Part shown: piece after piece, positions 16,741 through 19,645 of the stretch
Layout: each line of letters begins with the position of its first letter
Numbering within the stretch: position 1 is the first letter of the stretch
Origin: a virus
Lineage: Duplodnaviria > Heunggongvirae > Uroviricota > Caudoviricetes
Reading direction: 5' to 3' (one strand)
Length of the DNA: 19,645 nt
Virus record (IMG/VR): IMGVR_UViG_2579778660_000002
The notes under the pieces: generated by a model
Database searches by the model: none
The model's input: only the letters and a program-made list of their open reading frames with translations
What the model was told of the DNA's origin: nothing
Made by a program: the position numbers and the translations under genes

Positions 16741-17482
16741 GTACATAAACGTACAAAATGTGATGAAAGTAGAGTGGCGTAAGCCACTATATTAAGATAT
16801 GACAATAGCGAAGAAAAGTAAATAACATTTTATGGACGTTTAATTGTTAATTATAAAAACTAGAGTGCCCGATATTGTTTATCTTGCTTTAAAATAATGT
16901 ACTCAAACCAAATTTTTGAGCTAAAAGCTCAAATAATATAAATGCAATGATAATGTTTAATAAGACAATTAGCTTGCTTTGTATTTTCATTTCGGAATAC
17001 TGTTAAGTAACTTTGATGACCCTAACAATAGATCGGAATTTTCTTAGAGTCAATGGTCAATGTTTTTGCTTGCAAAGCAAATGTTTTGGTGGTTATAAGT
17101 TGTCTTAATATAGTCACGCATGCAACTTGTTCCATGCGGAGATTAAAGATTGGAATATAACGCGAAGATGGAATTAAATTACATTTGCAATAACCAATTT
17201 ATTATTACTCAATAATTACCGATATTATTATTGTAAATTAATCATTAGAGTGCAAAAAGAAATGTAACGGCAAAATAAGAGGACGATAGCTGAGAAAAAA
17301 GCGTGCTTTCCCAATCTGGGGCAAATCACGTCTGAATGACACCTGAAAACAGGTGGTAGCCTCAAGAAGGCTTGGAATATTCTTCTTTAATGTTATGTAA
17401 TTCATTGATTTTTCGTGTACGATTTTAAGACATTTATTCCAAGAAAAATTTTTAACTCTTTGATTTTTCGACTCTGTATCAT

Positions 17483-17544
17483 CGGTCTCGAAAACCGGAG
17501 TAGGGGCAACTCTACCGGGGGTTCAAACCCCCCTCTCTCCGCCA
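17483..17544 (+). tRNA. 3' partial tRNA-Ser (serU-like): anticodon arm, long variable arm, T-arm, acceptor 3' strand and CCA; no 5' half
   Basis: CGGTCTCGAAAACCGGAGTAGGGGCAACTCTACCGGGGGTTCAAACCCCCCTCTCTCCGCCA matches the recalled 3' portion of E. coli tRNA-Ser(CGA); upstream sequence does not match the D-arm/acceptor 5' strand. Confidence 0.6.
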
Positions 17545-18128
17545 CTTTATCAATGACTTATCTCCCGACTTCCCGCCTTGCTTTTCCTAAACAGAACAAT
17601 CGTAGAATATTCTTGAAGGGTTAGATCGTCACTGTTTTCTGTTCGATACTGTGACATTCAGCACTTGATTCGCTATGGATCTGACAGGAAGGTTTTGAGC
17701 GAAAATTTGCAGTTATTCAGTTGTTTTCTTATCGGTCACCATTATTCTTTTAGACATTGATCCTACAAAGCTGCCGCAAAGTTGGTGGTGGGAACTGAAG
17801 TTGCGTAGAGAAGGGGTCAATACCCGGAGGCAAACATGGGCTGGCAAAAGTGTAGCGGTATTAGGCGCAGCTATTTAGCCTAGTTATGTTTTATGAAAAC
17901 TTGATATCATATAAGTGTCTTACTTATTGGCTGTAAATAAGTTTTTCCTAAGGAATTGTTTCTTGAGTATCATTTGTAACTGTAACGGAATTTATAATCC
18001 TTTGCTTTATTGTTACGGTATTTTTTATCACACCCTATTTTTTATGTGGTTTTTTATACTGAAGTTTGGCAAAGTGAACTTTATATGCATATACTTCATC
18101 CTGGTTTCAGTTAAGTTGGGTGGATGAT

Positions 18129-18872
18129 ATGGCAACTACATGTTCAGTTATATTGATTTTGGAGTCCTTTGATGTTTATTTCGGAAAAGAGAGTGTGTTT
18201 CTGGAGAGAGGTTCATCTGTACTTGTCGACTCTAGCTCTAGAGATTTTTTCCTGACATATCCTGAAAGAGTGATAGTGGCGGATTTTGGCGCTGAGTTTA
18301 TTAGTCGCTATTTGAAAGCTAATAACTTAAGGGATATTTCTGATTGTAGGGAATATCCATCTTATTTAAAAATAAACTTTGCTGACTTCAGTTTAATTAA
18401 AGGATTAATTAGTTGGGCTAATCACTGTGCTGAATACATAGAAATTTTTGATGAGTCTATTGCTTTTACATGTCTCTCTGCATTTTCTTCTGAAAAACAA
18501 TTTGGAGTATTTCTGTTTGAATGTTTGAAAAGCACAGGGGCTAAAGTTAAAACGATTATTCATACGGATTTATCTGCACCATGGCGTCTTAAGGATATAT
18601 CATCAAGATTATATCTCAGCGAAAGTTTACTAAAGAGGAAATTGAAAGAAGAGGGGGTATCATTCAGTAAGATCATACTTGATGAGAGGATGCAAATGGC
18701 TGAATATTTACTCAGCACTCGTTGTTATCCTATTAGTAAAGTAGCTAAGGTCTGTGGTTATGCCAGTGTTTCATACTTTACTTATGTATTTAGACGTTAT
18801 TTTGGTGTTTCTCCAAGTCAATACTCTCAGAGCAGTTCAGAAAGTAAAATTCTTACTCACCAGGGAATCTGA
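18129..18872 (+). CDS. AraC/XylS-family transcriptional regulator (Rns/AggR/AppY-like)
   Basis: ATG at 18129 with GGGTGGA upstream (ORF-track start 18120 is GTG); C-terminal double HTH ...LYLSESLLKRKLKEEGVSFSKIILDERMQMAEYLLSTRCYPISKVAKVCGYASVSYFTYVFRRYFGVSPSQY; long AT-rich upstream region. Confidence 0.85.
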   Translation: MATTCSVILILESFDVYFGKESVFLERGSSVLVDSSSRDFFLTYPERVIVADFGAEFISRYLKANNLRDISDCREYPSYLKINFADFSLIKGLISWANHCAEYIEIFDESIAFTCLSAFSSEKQFGVFLFECLKSTGAKVKTIIHTDLSAPWRLKDISSRLYLSESLLKRKLKEEGVSFSKIILDERMQMAEYLLSTRCYPISKVAKVCGYASVSYFTYVFRRYFGVSPSQYSQSSSESKILTHQGI

Positions 18873-18888
18873 TCATTGTTCTTGCCCC

Positions 18889-19384
18889 CTTATTTCCAGA
18901 CAGGGGGTGTATCTTAAGTTAACGTTACCCGCTGACGTCGATATTCTCGCGGAGAGCGATAACCCAACGCACTGTGCGGATGGTTTTCATTGTAATGTTC
19001 GATCGCCACTGCAAGATTATGCAATGCCGTTCTTACATTCGGTTTCGGCATGAACGCGATGTAGTCTTCCTTCATCGTTTTCACGAACCTTTCTGCCATT
19101 CCATTACTCTGAGGACTGCTGATTGCCGTTGTGCAGGGCTCCAGATTCAACTCTCTGGCGAACTGCCATGTTTCATGCGCTCTATACGCTGAACCGTTAT
19201 CTGTCAGCCACTGGATGGACTGTTCCGGTACTTTATCGCCAAAGCGTTTTTCTATCGCTCCTAACATGACATCCTGCACTGTCGCTTTATCGTAACCTCC
19301 CGTGCTTGCGGCCCAGTCTATGGCTTCACGATCGCAACAGTCCAGGGCGAACGTAACACGCAGTTTTGAATCGCCACGGGTTTA
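18889..19384 (-). mobile_element. IS3-family (IS2-like) fragment: terminal inverted repeat plus 3' ~155 codons of orfB (DDE transposase), 5' part missing
   Basis: Minus-strand translation ...[42 protein letters not shown]...[19 protein letters not shown] resembles recalled IS2 InsD C-terminal half; 18891-18913 TTGCCCCCTTATTTCCAGACAGG resembles the IS2 terminal repeat; homology stops near 19384. Confidence 0.7.
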
Positions 19385-19429
19385 ACAGACACCTCAGAGT
19401 CATTTAAGATGGCTTAAAGAGAGGTGCCC

Positions 19430-19645
19430 ATGAGCGGTAAGCGTTATCCCGAAGAGTTTAAAACTGAAGCAGTCAAACAGGTTGTTGATCGCGGTTATTC
19501 TGTTGCCAGCGTTGCAACACGTCTCGATATCACCACCCACAGCCTTTATGCCTGGATAAAGAAGTACGGTCCGGATTACTCCACTTTTTCATCAAGCCAA
19601 TCCGCCCACCACTGCATCATTTCTCTGCGCTTATCGAAATACTGA
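19430..19645 (+). CDS. IS3-family transposase OrfA (HTH), apparently truncated or disrupted after about 48 codons
   Basis: ATG at 19430 preceded by AAAGAGAGG; MSGKRYPEEFKTEAVKQVVDRGYSVASVATRLDITTHSLYAWIKKYGPD is a typical IS3-family OrfA N-terminus; the tail DYSTFSSSQSAHHCIISLRLSKY is atypical; opposite orientation to the orfB fragment. Confidence 0.65.
   Translation: MSGKRYPEEFKTEAVKQVVDRGYSVASVATRLDITTHSLYAWIKKYGPDYSTFSSSQSAHHCIISLRLSKY

Noticed and set aside
17415-18127. Plus-strand ORFs 17415..17624 and 17915..18127
   Set aside because: The first runs straight through the tRNA-Ser fragment; the second is an AT-rich low-complexity frame in the regulator leader.
18754-19192. Plus-strand ORFs 18754..19053 and 18974..19192
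   Set aside because: Overlap the AraC 3' end and the IS terminal repeat, or lie antisense to the IS orfB fragment.
1-19645. CRISPR array or tandem direct repeats
   Set aside because: No regularly spaced direct repeats were seen by eye anywhere in the window.
16624-19645. attR (second copy of the att core GCTTTTTTATACTAA)
   Set aside because: Looked for by eye downstream of the tail-fibre remnant and not found; attR is either outside the window or deleted. This cannot be settled without a string search.

Overview
The window is the left junction of a lambda-derived, heavily deleted and mosaic cryptic prophage sitting at the chromosomal lambda attachment site. All calls rest on reading the translations and recalling protein families from memory; no searches were run. 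Layout, left to right: host ybhC (minus strand), the lambda att core GCTTTTTTATACTAA with the P' arm (attL), then lambda int and xis. A non-lambda accessory block follows (Ea8.5-like, a DUF550/DUF551 MazG-like protein, a TGT/DpdA-like protein, Ea22-like, TraR-like), then small orf61/orf63-like genes and an intact exo. Only the last ~60 codons of bet remain, gam is absent, and kil/cIII/ea10/ral/orf28 follow. The sequence then jumps into the 3' end of a phage-21-type Q gene, so sieB, N, rex, cI, cro, cII, O, P and the nin region are all missing. Next come a divergently transcribed NmpC/Lc-type porin, a late-promoter/terminator region, a 21-type pinholin and SAR endolysin, lambda Rz/Rz1, bor, a DUF1398 protein, two small proteins and an intact cos site. 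Nu1 breaks off at about codon 86 and is joined to the 3' part of a side-tail-fibre gene with a C-terminal chaperone-like domain, so all head and tail genes are gone. Beyond that lie a tail-fibre-assembly remnant, an AT-rich tract holding the 3' half of a tRNA-Ser, an AraC-family regulator and nested IS3-family fragments. No attR copy of the att core was seen by eye. The most interesting candidates are the TGT-like protein (possible 7-deazaguanine DNA modification), the retained cos plus int/xis without any morphogenetic genes, and the orphan tRNA-Ser fragment.
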